A stretch of 63,579 nucleotides of DNA, filler included, from Collodictyon triciliatum (Eukaryota): assembly GCA_043381765.1 (NCBI GenBank). It is 11 parts of 11 records of this genome, joined end to end, with 100 filler letters (N's around TTAATTAATTAA, not from the genome) between each part and the next. Parts side by side here need not be neighbours in the genome. Positions count along the whole stretch, not along the records: positions 34,986 to 40,947 come from JBHJMP010004804.1; positions 41,048 to 47,007 come from JBHJMP010004805.1; positions 47,108 to 53,065 come from JBHJMP010004806.1; positions 53,166 to 59,122 come from JBHJMP010004807.1; 7 more parts are not named here. One strand, given 5' to 3'. Shown piece by piece: positions 37,373-54,618 of this stretch. How positions within the stretch are numbered: the stretch's first letter is position 1; every line of letters starts with the position of its first letter. Both the position numbers and the translations under genes were made by a program. The notes under the pieces are model-generated. The model was not told the DNA's origin and did not search any database. It saw only the letters and a list, made by a program, of their open reading frames with translations.

Positions 37373-40300
37373 TTCTGCAAATGTTCGATCTCAATGACAG
37401 CATTATTTATTATTTTGGGGCGCCAGAAAAGGTATGGACCGTCTGCGCCAAGGCATATGGTAATGTCTGGGGGCCATTTGAGGGTAAGGGGCGACAGGGA
37501 GGGCGTAAGAGAAGCCATTTAAGGCCAAGATGAGCTCGATATGGTAAGAGATGGGCAGCAAGGTACGGTACGGGGCAAGGCCGGTAAGTCCGGGTGATTC
37601 TATTTTTTTATTTTTTGAGGAGAGGAAGAGACGGGGAAAAGAGGTGTTGTGTGCATGGGCGGCTGAGGTGTTATTATAGGGAATAGCCAGTAAATGGGTG
37701 TGGTGTTACTTTTTATTGAAAACAGAGGGTCTGTGAAGATTGGCATGGGTTTGATTGTCCAGACGGGGTTTGATGAGATGGCAGCGAAGAAGCGCAGCAT
37801 ATCGAAGAAGGTGATGAAGCGAAAGTAAGGAAGCAAAGGTGATGAAGCAAGAGACACGGGTGCATGGTATGGAAGGCAGATGGGAACAATGCGATAAAGT
37901 GCAAATATATGGCAATTGGCGTGCTGATTGATGTGGATTAATGAGAATATGTGCATATTGATGTGGATAGAGTAGAAATGATGAGAAACTCTCAGAATTA
38001 TGCAAATAAATGTGAATTGATTTGATTTGGTGGGAAATGGCACGCATTGATATATGTAATGTTGTGCAAGAAAATATACAGTATATGCATAAAAAATTAA
38101 AATCGCAGATAATAAATTAATAGTATGACATATCATCTATGATTGATACTGAATTTTTTAATTTTCATGTTACTTTTTGTTGCATCAAGAATGTTTATTT
38201 ATGTTCATAGCGTATACGGTTGATTATATTATTCGGAATCCTAGGAAGTAAATTACAACGACGCTGATATATTTTTATTGAATAAGTTGGCCTCAAGACC
38301 TTTAATGCTAATGGATTTGTAGAATCTCATATGTTAAAAGAAATATTAGACCCGTGTGATTTGTTTTTATATTATTTTAAAATAAAGTCTTACGCGCAAT
38401 CGTTATTGTCCGATGAAATCTGGCCATGGATGATGTTGAAGTCTAGAATCTAGGATATTGTAGCAATGTATGTGATGAGATTATTACTGATACTTACTAG
38501 GCGCAAAGGAGGGAATCCTAAATTCAGTTCCTGCTCCGACCTGACATGTAGTCCAATCCAACTTGTGTCAATACTTTGTAGCGAAGGCACAACTGTATTA
38601 TTGGACTGTAGAAGAAAAGGAAATGCATCAAATACAAAACCTCCGTCATTTTGGACAAATTGAAAGGAAGATGAAAAAAGAAAAAGTAATAGAAAGGCAA
38701 TTTTGCTAAATCGAAATAAAGTACAAAATGGCTATGCACATGTTATTTATCAAGACATATACGAACTTTAGGACGGTGTAGGTAGGTTCAATATAGGGAT
38801 GCGCTAACGATAAATTGATAGCGACAAAAAAAGAAAGAAATATCGATGAGTTTTATGTTCAACTTTATGTAACCAGTTCATTTTTTGCAAGGCATAACCT
38901 CGCTGCACTTTGAATCGAATAAAGGGAAAAAATGTAACCAGTTCATCTATTATTACCATCATCATTATTATTACTATAATTTGTGTGTATCAGCAACACC
39001 ATCATTAATGCGTAAATATTGTGATTTTTTTTATAAAAATCGTCCTTGGGCTTCATTATGGTTGTTGGCTCTTGAAGACCGCGATTACGGTTGCAGTGTG
39101 CAGTGGCTTACTGATATCTCAAAATCTTATTTTGCATCATTTGTGAATGACTTACTAAGGAGAGTCGAATAGTTGAGTAAATCAAGTGTCCCATTATTAT
39201 TTGAGACGAAATGAATATAATATAAAAAGAATATATTTACGGTTCGTGAAATATATTATTTGTAAAATTCATGTCTAGCATTTGATTATGTTAAAAAATC
39301 CAGTATGATGAAAGTGAATAACTAGTTTTTGTGCCGGAAATATGGTTTATACTGCGCTATCTATTACATATTGGTCTTTGTGATTGATGGCTTACAGAAA
39401 AATTATTAGGCAAATTTTACTAGAAAGAAACTGTTTTTGAATTTTATTTTACTGAAAATTAGTTATCTTTGATATATTTGTTTACTTTTTAAAGGGTTGA
39501 GTTTGATTATTTGGTACATAGTTTATTTATTTTAAAGCATGAGAGTGATATAGTTTTATCACCAATGGTGACAATAACACAATTTAAAATAGTTTCGAAT
39601 ATCCCTGGACACACGTTAAACTTATGAGCAGGTTTTTTGGCATGCTTAAAATACTTTCGAGAGTTTTTCTTCCTTCATATAGCATTAAGTTGATAGATTA
39701 GGGTGTATACATATTTGCAGTGTGGATAAATTTTGGTGAATTTTTTAATTGTAGTATTTGGCCCAAAATATATGTATGCTTGAATGAGTATGGCTCGATA
39801 GTATTATGATGGCAAAGTAATATCTTATTGCTATTAAGAATGGGCATTTTATGTTAAGTTATGGAAAATATATAATCATTTTTTAGGTCTATGTTAAAAT
39901 GTTCCATGTTTTTTCTGTTTTTTTTAATTACTTGAAGACATAATTTGGTATTTTTGTCTTGTTTATCTGTCGGTTAATTTGTGTTTCATCATAGTATTAA
40001 TTCGTTTAATTATTGATGTATGATTAAAAGATTAAAAATAACTTGTTTGCTAGACATATTTTTGGTCTTAAGTCAATTTATTTTCCATTGGCCATATTCT
40101 AATGCACATACCCGTAACATAACGAATACGTATCGATACTTGAATGATGATGCACATGATTAAACTTTAAGAAAGATTTGTAATTGCCTAAGGCATAAAA
40201 AATAGTCTTACACTTAAGTCGGTGATATTGAATGTGAAAATGGAAGTCGTGTACAGTGCTGTTTGAAAATACTGAACTATTTGACGAAAACACACTTAGC

Positions 40301-40796
40301 CAGGTTACCAAGCTCAATTTTATTTGAACTTGATTATGAGCCTTCGTGCTTAAATAATTCCATTTTTTAAAAAAGTTGTGCAGAATAAAATTGTTTAGCA
40401 GATTACAATCTTAAAATAAATAAAAATGTCTTTTTTTTCACAAGATTTTATAATGAGGATATGTAAATCAATTGCTCACGGATGCAGATGGCTTGAGGTA
40501 TGCTTCACAGATGACTGTGCAGATCTGCTACGTAATATGTAAGATTAGCAGTGGGTGGCAGTTTGTAACATCGCTAGTTACCGTTTTATTCCAGCCTTCT
40601 CTAGGGTCAAATATTGATAAATGCTACAATAGTATAATTATTATTTTTGAATATAGGATGGTGATAAGATATATTAACGGATTTTATCGAGATATTATGT
40701 TATGACCGGACAACTATAAACGTCATATCATTACTTCAATAAAAGCATAACAGAAAGTGTATATGAGCAAAAAAGGGCGAGAAAATGAGAAACAAT

Positions 40797-40947
40797 ATAT
40801 AAATAAAAATATAAATAAAAATATAAATAAAAATATAAATAAAAATATAAATAAAAACAATAAAAACAATAAAAACAATAAAAACAATAAAAACAATAAA
40901 AACAATAAAAACAATAAAAACAATAAAAACAATAAAAACAATAAAAA
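40797..40947. repeat. (AAATAAAAATAT)n and (AATAAAAAC)n repeats
   Basis: Directly visible. Confidence 0.9.
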
Positions 40948-41179
40948 NNNNNNNNNNNNNNNNNNNNNNNNNNNNNNNNNNNNNNNNNNNNTTAATTAAT
41001 TAANNNNNNNNNNNNNNNNNNNNNNNNNNNNNNNNNNNNNNNNNNNNAAAAGCGAAATAAAAACAAATAATACGAAAAAAAATAAAAAGAAAAAAAAAAA
41101 AAAAAAAACAGTAACTAAAAACCTAAAATACACAATTGCGACTTGAAATAAAAACGAATTAAAAGTCAATGAAACAAAC

Positions 41180-41313
41180 ATGACATCGCCAAACACTTGT
41201 GGATGGAAAACAGCTAATCGGCGAACAGTCGTCATCGCCTGAAACTGTTCCACCCAATTCTCCTTGTTGTCGAGTTGAACAAACGCCACCTACATGATTT
41301 GTTTCAAACTCAC

Positions 41314-41376
<63 letters not shown>

Positions 41377-41959
41377 AGTAAGAGTTGCCTCAGTAACTAG
41401 AAAACATAATTCAATCTTAATACTCATAGCTGGATGAATCTTACAAAAAAATAGAAAATTATTCACAACATTCAGGTGCTGTAAAGATCGGACTGGAATG
41501 GTTTTTTTTTAAAATGGGATTCACAAAGACACGCATGTAATTTAACATGTCTGCAAGTCAGAGCTATTCTGGATAGTTTTCTCCAATCGTTATTGCTTAT
41601 CTTAGAAGGCATGATTTATGTCTTCGCGAAATACATTTCTCAAATTACCACGTAAAGTGAAATACTTGTTATTCGCTGATATACTGCTATTCCATACTTC
41701 ACAAGCGTGAATATCAGTCCGATACACAAAATAAAGAATGGAATATAGGACAACTAAAAAAAAGCAAAAAAAGCAAAAAAAGCAAAAAAAGCAAAAAAAA
41801 GCAAAAAAAAAAGTAGAAATCAAGAACACCAACCCCAAAGTCGGCTTCAGGTTCTTCGACGGGAGACAACTGATCCCTCATCAAGTAGGATTCCCCGTCG
41901 CTTGCGCTTGCACTCGAAGGAAGGCACTTTTCGGCGCTGCTCATTCGCTTCACAAACAT
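41180..41959 (-). CDS. TOG/CLASP_N (TOGARAM/FAM179-like) HEAT-repeat protein, first two exons, 3'-partial
   Basis: YLMRDQLSPVEEPEADFG|VAFVQLDNKENWVEQFQAMTTVRRLAVFHP matches the first HEAT repeat of TOG domains (W...VRRL..FH). Confidence 0.7.
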
Positions 41960-42515
41960 AGAGTCATGATAATCAGTCAGAATGAAGATGTGGTCAGGAC
42001 GATTGGGTCAACCAGCCGATAGCATGATCTCTTTTTCCTTCCTTCACTTGCAACTTTTCCCAACACTCTCGCAGCAGGTCGCGGATACACAAACGATTTA
42101 AAAGAAAGGGAAAGCGAGGGGTGAGCGGAGGGTTGGTATTTCTGCGCTTATTTGGTCGGCAAAGGCGAAAATTAGTGGATCGGAAACGAACCAGATTAAT
42201 CTGGAATATGGCTGTTTGAAACTTTAAATTTTCGAATTTTGCCCCATGCGGAATTGTTGCCTCCAGGGCGGTGAGAGATTATGGATGGTCTGTGTAGATT
42301 TTGCGGCCGAAAAAAGAAAAAGAAAAAGAAAAAGAAAAAGAAAAAGAAAAAGAAAAAGAAAAAGAAAAAGAAAAAGAAAAAGAAAAAGAAAAAGAAAAAG
42401 AAAAAGAAAACAAAAAAAAATCAAAAATCAAAAATCAAAACATCAAAACATCAAAAAACCAAAAATCAAATGTAAAAGAAGGAAAAACGGCATCCTTGAG
42501 GAAGACAAGTTTGGA

Positions 42516-46444
<3,929 letters not shown>

Positions 46445-46904
46445 TTGGGTGCTAGAGAAGAGTTCGCGTCAGATCCTTTCTTCAAGCCCGCACAACAGGC
46501 GAGGACAGGGAAAGGTTGGCACCTTCAGCCGCAGAAAACCGAATGACATTTCACAGCGATCAAAATGCAAAAATAAAAATTTTCCATAACAAGACAAAAA
46601 AAAAAGGTGAATGGTGAGCTGATCCGTCCAACAATTGGGTGGAATCTAATTTCCAATTTAGCCCATCCATTGTGGAAAATACACATCCTGAATTTTTTCA
46701 AGGAGCCGGTTCACAACAGCAGCACAAGAAAAAGTGCTCTTGGAACGCAGATGATCGGGAAGAGCCAAAGCAAAAAACAGTCAAGGTGGCGAGCCCTCCT
46801 GCCGGTGCAGCATACAGAGTCAACTGAGGATCAAGGAGAAAAGGAACGAGCAAGGTCTCCCCCTTTTTTTTTTTTCCCCCCAATATCTAGCTCTCTCCAC
46901 ACAT

Positions 46905-47208
46905 CATAACAAAAATAACAAAAATAACAAAAATAACAAAAATAACAAAAATAACAAAAATAACAAAAATAACAAAAATAACAAAAATAACAAAAATAAC
47001 AAAAAAANNNNNNNNNNNNNNNNNNNNNNNNNNNNNNNNNNNNNNNNNNNNTTAATTAATTAANNNNNNNNNNNNNNNNNNNNNNNNNNNNNNNNNNNNN
47101 NNNNNNNTTTGTGTTTTGTATTTTGTATTTTGTATTTTGTATTTTGTATTTTGTATTTTGTATTTTGTATTTTGTATTTTGTATTTTGTATTTTGTATTT
47201 TGTATTTT
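46905..47208. repeat. (AATAACAAA)n and (GTATTTT)n repeats flanking a spacer
   Basis: Directly visible. Confidence 0.9.
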
Positions 47209-47447
47209 GTTCTTTGTTTTTAAATATACATATGATTTACTTTGAAAAAAAATGAGTTCCGTCGTGACACTTTCAACCGAGCCACTCGCATTCCAGTAAT
47301 GCGATCCAAACAGACCTTCATCACCACTCATAAGTGTCACCTGTGGAAAAAAAAAACAACGAAACTAAAACCAAAAAAAAAAAAGAAGAAGAAACGGAAG
47401 AGTTATAACTGTTATTCTTATTCTTTTTCTTTTTTTTAAAAAAAAGA

Positions 47448-48559
47448 CCAGTGTTGTTTTTGTCCCATCGGATCGTTTCTTGTGGATGAGGATCTTTGCT
47501 CCAGCCTGCCTTCCTCGAACGACTGCTGCTGTCAAAGATGCCCCTTTCTCAGCACCACAGACTATGCTGGATCCACCTCAGTATCTGACTGCCACTGCCT
47601 TTCAGGTTTACATTTGAAAGCTTGTTTATCAAGACTGATTATCCACATGATACATTTTTTTTTTTTTGCTTTCTTCTATTCATTCAATTCCAAGTTCAAG
47701 CTTTTTCAAGAATCTGTGCATATGCTTTGTATTTATTTTGTCTTTTATCATCTTTGATATCCTGCTGTGATTTACTTAGTTTCTTGATTATATAATCGAG
47801 TACATTTTCTTTCTGTGGAAAAAATTGATTTCTATATTAAAATGTTAATTGACGCAATCTTTCCGTAAAAATGCAGGTTCCTATGGAAATGCATCCGTCA
47901 GCTGCCTTCCGTGCCCAAGTGGAGCACATTGCGATGGGTCTTTGCATCCAGCTCCAAAGAATGGACATATGATATCTCCTATCGACTCTAGCATAATCAT
48001 AGGTATTTATCAATAAGAAACATAAACATGTATTGTTATTCGCTTGAATCATAAAAAAAGAAGTTAATATGAAGTGACATCATCATTATATGATCTATCC
48101 AGTTTTTTAATTCATCCCCATATGACAATCTATTTGGCACTAGATTGTTATCCAAAGGAATCCTGCGACCCTGTATATGCGAATGGATGTGGTCCGGGAT
48201 ATGATGGAGATTACTGTATTATGTGTGAAGATGACCACTATCGCATATTTAATCATTGCAAAAGTATGTCATGCTAATAAGTGACCAAAACTGCCATATT
48301 GAATATTATTTTCACAAGAATAAATTGTAATATTCATCATATTTGGTACGATGCCTTATGTATGTACATTTTTCCTTTTGCAAACTGCTAGACTGCCCGG
48401 ACTACTCCTACTGGAGAATATTCCTTCCCTTACTCATTATAATCTATGTGATTGTCAGCTTCTATTTTCAGGTAGAACTATTCGCAAAGTATTATACTTG
48501 TGTTTTTATTTCAAAAAAATACAAAAAATCTATTTTGACATCCTTTTATTTATTTATTT

Positions 48560-48654
<95 letters not shown>

Positions 48655-51069
48655 TTGACAAACCCCATATCCTTGATTCAAATTATACTGCATCACATTT
48701 TTAATTATGATTATTACTGTGTAGCAATTTCGAGAGCATAATGATATAACAAGTCCGTACACGCCACTCATGCTGCTAATACACAACCTACAAGGTTGTG
48801 TATGCCTTCTCATGAGTTCCCAACGAGTCTATGCAAGCTTGATTATTTTATTATAAAAAGTGATTTCGAATTAGTATTAAAATATTATTGTGCTCTATCT
48901 CAGTGATTTCTACTCTGCCAAATATGCAATTCTATTGGCCAGCTCCGATTCTAAACCTTTTTTACTGGCTATCTTCACTGAATGTCAACATTCAATTGAT
49001 GAACCTTGAGGTTTGTTGTAAAGGGCTTTAATATCCATATTTTTGCTAACATCTATTACCCTTTTAACTTTTTTTTTTCATTTAAAGTGCTCCACAGAGT
49101 ATATGAAAGACCCTATTAACCGTTGGCTACTTCAAGGTGGGATGAAATCGGCTATTTTATTATTTAACTTTGTCTTTAAAATGTATTTGCATCGTTTGAA
49201 TAACAACACATTTGACCGTATACCCGAACACATTCCACAGTATTATTTATTCACTCCTTTTATCACCAAAAGTGAGTCTTCCACTATTTGTTATTGTGGT
49301 TTATGTCGTCATCTTCATCTGCTATGAATCATCACTGTATATAAAGTATGGCTTTAATTGAATACGAGCTGCTATCAAATTTTAAGATGAACCTTTGCCT
49401 AAAGAATGGGAAGGGGCTTTTTTTATATATTAAAGCTCTTAATGATAATTTTCTGGTTATTTCAGACGAACAAGCTACATGGAAGGGATTTGGGGTGTCC
49501 AGATGAAATATACTATTGGAAAGCTTATCACAGCAACGTTTCGATGTCTGACATTATCTTACCTGATGGTTTGTATGGCCACAATTGAACTCTTGACTTG
49601 CGAAGAGGAGAAGGACGACGTGTGGCACCCAAAGTACCAAACATCGTGAGTTGAGCTCTAAACAACCGCAATCCAATTTTATCGATACAGATTAATTAAT
49701 TTTTTTTTTTAAAAAAAACTGCGCCTTTTAGCATGTCTTTGGTTTGCCCGTTCTCTTGACATTGTTTTTTTTTTTACCAATATTTTAATTTGTGATGCAG
49801 ATTCAAGTGCTTCACACAGGAGTGGTATAGCAAAAACTTTGCCTATGGATTTTGTGGTTTTCTCCTCTTTGTTGTCGGGATTCCCTTGTTGAATTTATAT
49901 TTCATCAACAAGAGACAGAACGACCCGGAAAATCGCTTGTTTTCATTTCTAGTATCTAGTTACGAGCGCCACTTATATTACTGGGAACTGGTCATCCTTG
50001 CGTTTCGTTTCCTGTGGAGCCTACTGATTCGTTTGTCCAGCAATATGATTGCCCTTCAAACTATTCTCGCTGTTCTGCTCCTATTTTGCGATCTGTACAT
50101 TACAGCCCATTACATGCCTCACACAAACAAAAGGAACGATCAGTTGTCTGTTTTCATGAAGTGTGGCGTTCTGGTCATCGTTTTGACAGGCGCACTTTCG
50201 TACTACTCCGTTTATGACAATGGATACTCTAGCAGGGCCGAGCTTGGGTTCTCTCTGTGTGTCTTTGCTGTCTTTGTCATCATCCTTTTGAGTTTCGCCT
50301 TTGTCATTCGGAAGGTCATGAGGGAAAAAAGGGACATGAATGAGGAGCGTTACCGCTATTATGAAGAGGTACTGAATAAAATACATAGCATGTCGTGGAA
50401 AAAGTTTTACATTGGTAATTAATTATCATAAGCTATCTTGATATTTTATTTTATCTTAACTTTTATACCATATTGGAATGTGGTCCAATATGATGCCGTC
50501 CCATAGTTCCATTTCAGTTAATTTTTACTTCCGACTATCAGCTGTGTCGTCAGATTTTCCACGAGGACTACAGAGACATTTCATTGAGGTGGTTTTCACA
50601 ATGTTCAGACCAAGAAAAGCTTGAGTTTGCTGAGGCAGCCGAGGCCATCATTCGTATAATCCAATTACAGAAATATGAGCGACCTCAAAATCAGGCATGC
50701 GTTTATTTGTATCAATCATTATCATTGTATTGTTTGCCGTTTATAAATCATGATTTATTTTGGCCCTAAAAATGAAATAGTCATTCTGGTGTTTTCCTTT
50801 TACGTTAATTATATAATTTGAAGTAGAAAACTGTTTCGATATGACAGGTACGAACTGCGCATTCAAGCGATGGCGCGCGAAGTGTGGCGATGACGAGCCG
50901 AGATACATGGTCGGGTGAACCAAAGCATCTGTCTGTCCCCAGCTCCATGCAAATTGCCACTGCGATTCGTCTTTCCCTGGAGGCCGAAAAAACGGTTCGC
51001 TCGTATGACTTTCTTCGTTTCTTTATTCTTGCTGAAACAAAAAGAAACTTGATCATGTCATACACCTAA
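47448..51069 (+). CDS. Cys-rich multi-pass membrane receptor-like protein, same family as the 2..5860 gene; about 12 exons, 5'-partial
   Basis: Exons give CQRCP..STT..GSTSVSDCHC, CLPCPSGAHCDG, CGPGYDGDYCIMC, TM helices and FLVSSYERHLYYWELV. The exons join in frame. Confidence 0.82.
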
Positions 51070-52499
51070 TAAGGTTTTTGTCTGTAAAAACCACACAGTG
51101 ACCAAGCTTTTTGTGCCTTGTAAATTATGAATTCTAATTCATTCCTCTGTTTTCTTCTCGGCTTTTTTTTTATTTTTTTTTTATTTTTGAATCAATCTAC
51201 GACAAACAGGGAAATTGAATTGGCTGGTTAGGTCGAGACTCCTTCTCTTTGCTTCGTCCCAGCTTAATGATAATGTCTATTTTCTTAAGAAAAAATGAAT
51301 AAACAATCAGTAACAATCTGTCGTGCACCGTTAGGCATCAGCCGTAGAGTAAGGTTGATAGTTCGCTCCGTATTTCTCAAAGTTTTTATAACTGCTCTGG
51401 TCATGGAAGGGCACGATGAAGTGGGTGCTCTGTGGTGATATCCCAAGGGTTGCTTTGTTACCCCCAAAACACTGGAAATCTAAGATAAAGTCAGATGAAC
51501 CCAACTTTTTTTTTTTTTTATGGAAGCCGCTTGCCACTGTTCATCAAAATTAGAAATGCATGTATTGTCCTGTGTATCTTGTTAAACATTTACCTATCGA
51601 GACATCTGTAATATCCTTCGGCATCTTTGTCCCTCATGGAGAGAAACTCGATGTTCTGTATTTACGGTCACACTTTTAATGTCCCCCGAATAATCCTAGC
51701 CCAAACAACACGAGATGATTTCATAAAACCTGGAACTGATGAACCCCAACTTCGTATCCGGCAAACTCGTCAATCATATTCTGGTTGAACCGGAAGCTGC
51801 TTCGACTCTATACAGATGTACGCTTTTGTTAAGGATGAATGGTGAATTTTTTTTGGGAGGGGGGCCCAAATATCATTCTCTTCAGTCTATGATAGACGAA
51901 TGATTCAGCCGTGATGTTGACACAAAGTTCGAATGAGATGAATATACAATATCACTTTATAACTCATCACCAACTTTCATTAAGGTTACGTGGGGATTGA
52001 ATCGGTTTTCCTCAGTAACAACGCCGTGTGATGAAAAGATGTCATACAACTTGCCTGTCATTCATCTCGAAAGATTAATTTGGAATAAGGGCTACTTCTT
52101 ATTGCAAGGGGCTGATAGAGACCATCCTTGGTTTTAAAACATATGAAGTGGGTTATTTAAAATAACGGAGTGACCCTTTGTCAAATGCACTTGATAAATG
52201 GATTACCTTGAAGCTTTCTCAAGCGTGCCATTTGTTCGCACTCTTGTATCTTTCCGAACACAACCTGCATATGTATGTTGGGAAAGACTCTTATTTAAAG
52301 AATTGTTTTTTTTTGACAGAATGGTAGGTCGAATGCTCCGCTAGACTTTATGGGTCTCGTCCTATCATGCAAATAACAGGAGAAAAAAAGACAAACAAAC
52401 AAACAATCAAACAAACAATCAAACAAACAAACAAGTTAACATACACACAAGTTAACATACACACAAACAAACAAACAAAAAGAAAAGAAAAAGAGAAAA

Positions 52500-52936
52500 T
52501 CAGACTCTTCTGTTGAAATCGCCGAGGCCTTTGAGTCGCACAGGGCCCATTGGGTTCGCTTGGTCAAAAGTCCTCGAGATGCAAACCTTTGAATCAATCA
52601 GACAAGCTAGTAAATCAAGCAGAATTTTTTGTTATGTAATCGTATTTATTACTTCCTCATGCGATAGAATTCAACTGAACTGTCGGAGTTTGCATGTGAG
52701 CAACATATATGTATAAAATAGACAAATACATTTATAATTACAAGGCTGGCTTTATGTTCACCCACAAAATGTTTTATCATGGGGTGAAAAAGTGCAAAAA
52801 TTAAATAAAAAAAAAACAAACTTGACTCTCTCGGAAAACTGACCGGGCTTCCTCTAGCGACGAAGTAGTCTCGGCTGGGAATACAAGTAGTGTGATGTGA
52901 AACCGAATAGGCTTTTCCAGGTACCCTTCAATATCT
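52500..52936 (-). CDS. Possible last two exons of an unidentified gene
   Basis: AG/GT-bounded segments join as DIEGYLEKPIRF...FRESQ|VCISRTF...DFNRRV*. I recognise no homology. Confidence 0.3.
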
Positions 52937-52978
52937 ATGGGAAAATGCAAAAATGTAATGCTTTTTCCATCCATCCAT

Positions 52979-53065
52979 TCATACATACATACATACATAC
53001 ATACATACATACATACATACATACATACATACATACATACATACATACATACATACATACATACA
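52979..53065. repeat. (CATA)n microsatellite
   Basis: Directly visible. Confidence 0.95.
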
Positions 53066-53388
53066 NNNNNNNNNNNNNNNNNNNNNNNNNNNNNNNNNNN
53101 NNNNNNNNNTTAATTAATTAANNNNNNNNNNNNNNNNNNNNNNNNNNNNNNNNNNNNNNNNNNNNAAAGACAAAGACAAAGACAAAGACAAAGACAAAGA
53201 CAAAGACAAAGACAAAGACAAAGACAAAGACAAAGACAAAGACAAAGACAAAAACAAAGACAAAAAAACAAAGACAAAAAAACAAAACAGAAAAAACAAA
53301 AAAAACAAAAAAAACAAAGAAAAACAAAAAAAACAAGACAAAACAGAAAAACAAAAAAACAAAAAAAAGCAAAGGTGTATGGACTCAC

Positions 53389-53745
53389 GCCGTGCTGATT
53401 CTCGCCGACTCCGTTGCACCAGAAGGAGAAGTTGTTGAGATAAGCCTGGCGCAAGATTTCGATGGACATGTAGGCGCTGAAGACGACAAGGAAGCAGTTG
53501 TGGAAGGCTGTGACAGCCTTGAGCTCAAACTTGGGCAGCAGCTTCATGACTTGCACGCCGAGGAAGATGGTCAGCAGGTAGGCGACGCAAAGGAAGAGCG
53601 GCTCGAACGGGTTCATGAGAGGCAGGCCGCGCGAAAGCGGGTGCTGGTGCGAAAGGAGCTTGTCGTAGAGCTGCACGTATTGCTGGTCCACATTCTCGCG
53701 CAGGTAGACGCCGGCTTGAGCCCAAAGTTCAGTCTGGAAAACCAT
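53389..53745 (-). CDS. ELO/GNS1-SUR4 fatty-acid elongase, first exon, 3'-partial
   Basis: LPLMNP..P..L..AYL...G...MK...FELK....HN..LV.FSAYM, then FWCN, followed by a GTGAGT donor. This is typical of PUFA elongase N-termini. Confidence 0.85.
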
Positions 53746-54618
53746 GGTCGTTTTGCCTGCGCGTGATTGCGTTGAGTTGGTTACTCTTGTGTGCAGTTGG
53801 TCGCAGCATAGTTTTTGTTTCGGCTTGACTTTCTGTGGTCGAGGGATAAACGCGGGTTGTGCGCTTGTGGGGAGGTTTGGGGCTGGCTTGGCCGCGTGGC
53901 TTTCTGTTTGAGTCGGGAGGCATTGAAGGAAGCTTCGAAACTTGTGGGAATTGCCGCTTTCAAGGCGGGTCTTTTTGTGCAGTTCAGATCGGGCTGCGGT
54001 GGAAAAGATACAGCAACTTGCTAGAAGCTGGCTTGGGGATTGCGCAGAGGGTTTTGTTATGAAGCAGCCTTCTTGGTTGACTGAAAGAACAAACGCCGCT
54101 TCTTCATTGGCAGATTGTCAACTTTGATTCCTTGTGGGGGGTTTCGGTGAATTGTAGCTTTTAAGGATGTGTATTGTAATCATATAATATCAATATTATT
54201 CTGTATATAGAAATTATATGCGGTGACAATTCTGCCTACCTGGTTGTGTCCAGGCCACACCCACCTCAATCGAAATACAAATGTGGAATGTGTGGCCTTT
54301 CTTAATGTGGAATTTTAAGAATACATTTCGCAGCACGGGCAACCTTCGTTGAATTAGGTTTACCTCACGGGAATGATGTTGATTTCGTGATTCAGTACCA
54401 CGATGAAAGATTGGATCCCCACGCGCAGTGTGAGCTACACAGTCTCTAGCAAACCACACTCGTGCTTCGGCGCTTAGGTAACGGAGCAATGTGACAGCGA
54501 TATGTGCAGGTCTGACCCGGCAGCAGGGATGGAGATATCTATAGGGTTGACGGTTCCACACTTCGTCTTGCTTTATTGAGGAGTAGTACAAAGTGCTTTG
54601 CAAGAGGTACGAGAGGCT

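Noticed and set aside
50695-50700. GC donor (CAG|GCATGC) in the multi-TM gene
   Set aside because: An in-phase GT donor lies 6 nt downstream, so the call is ambiguous.
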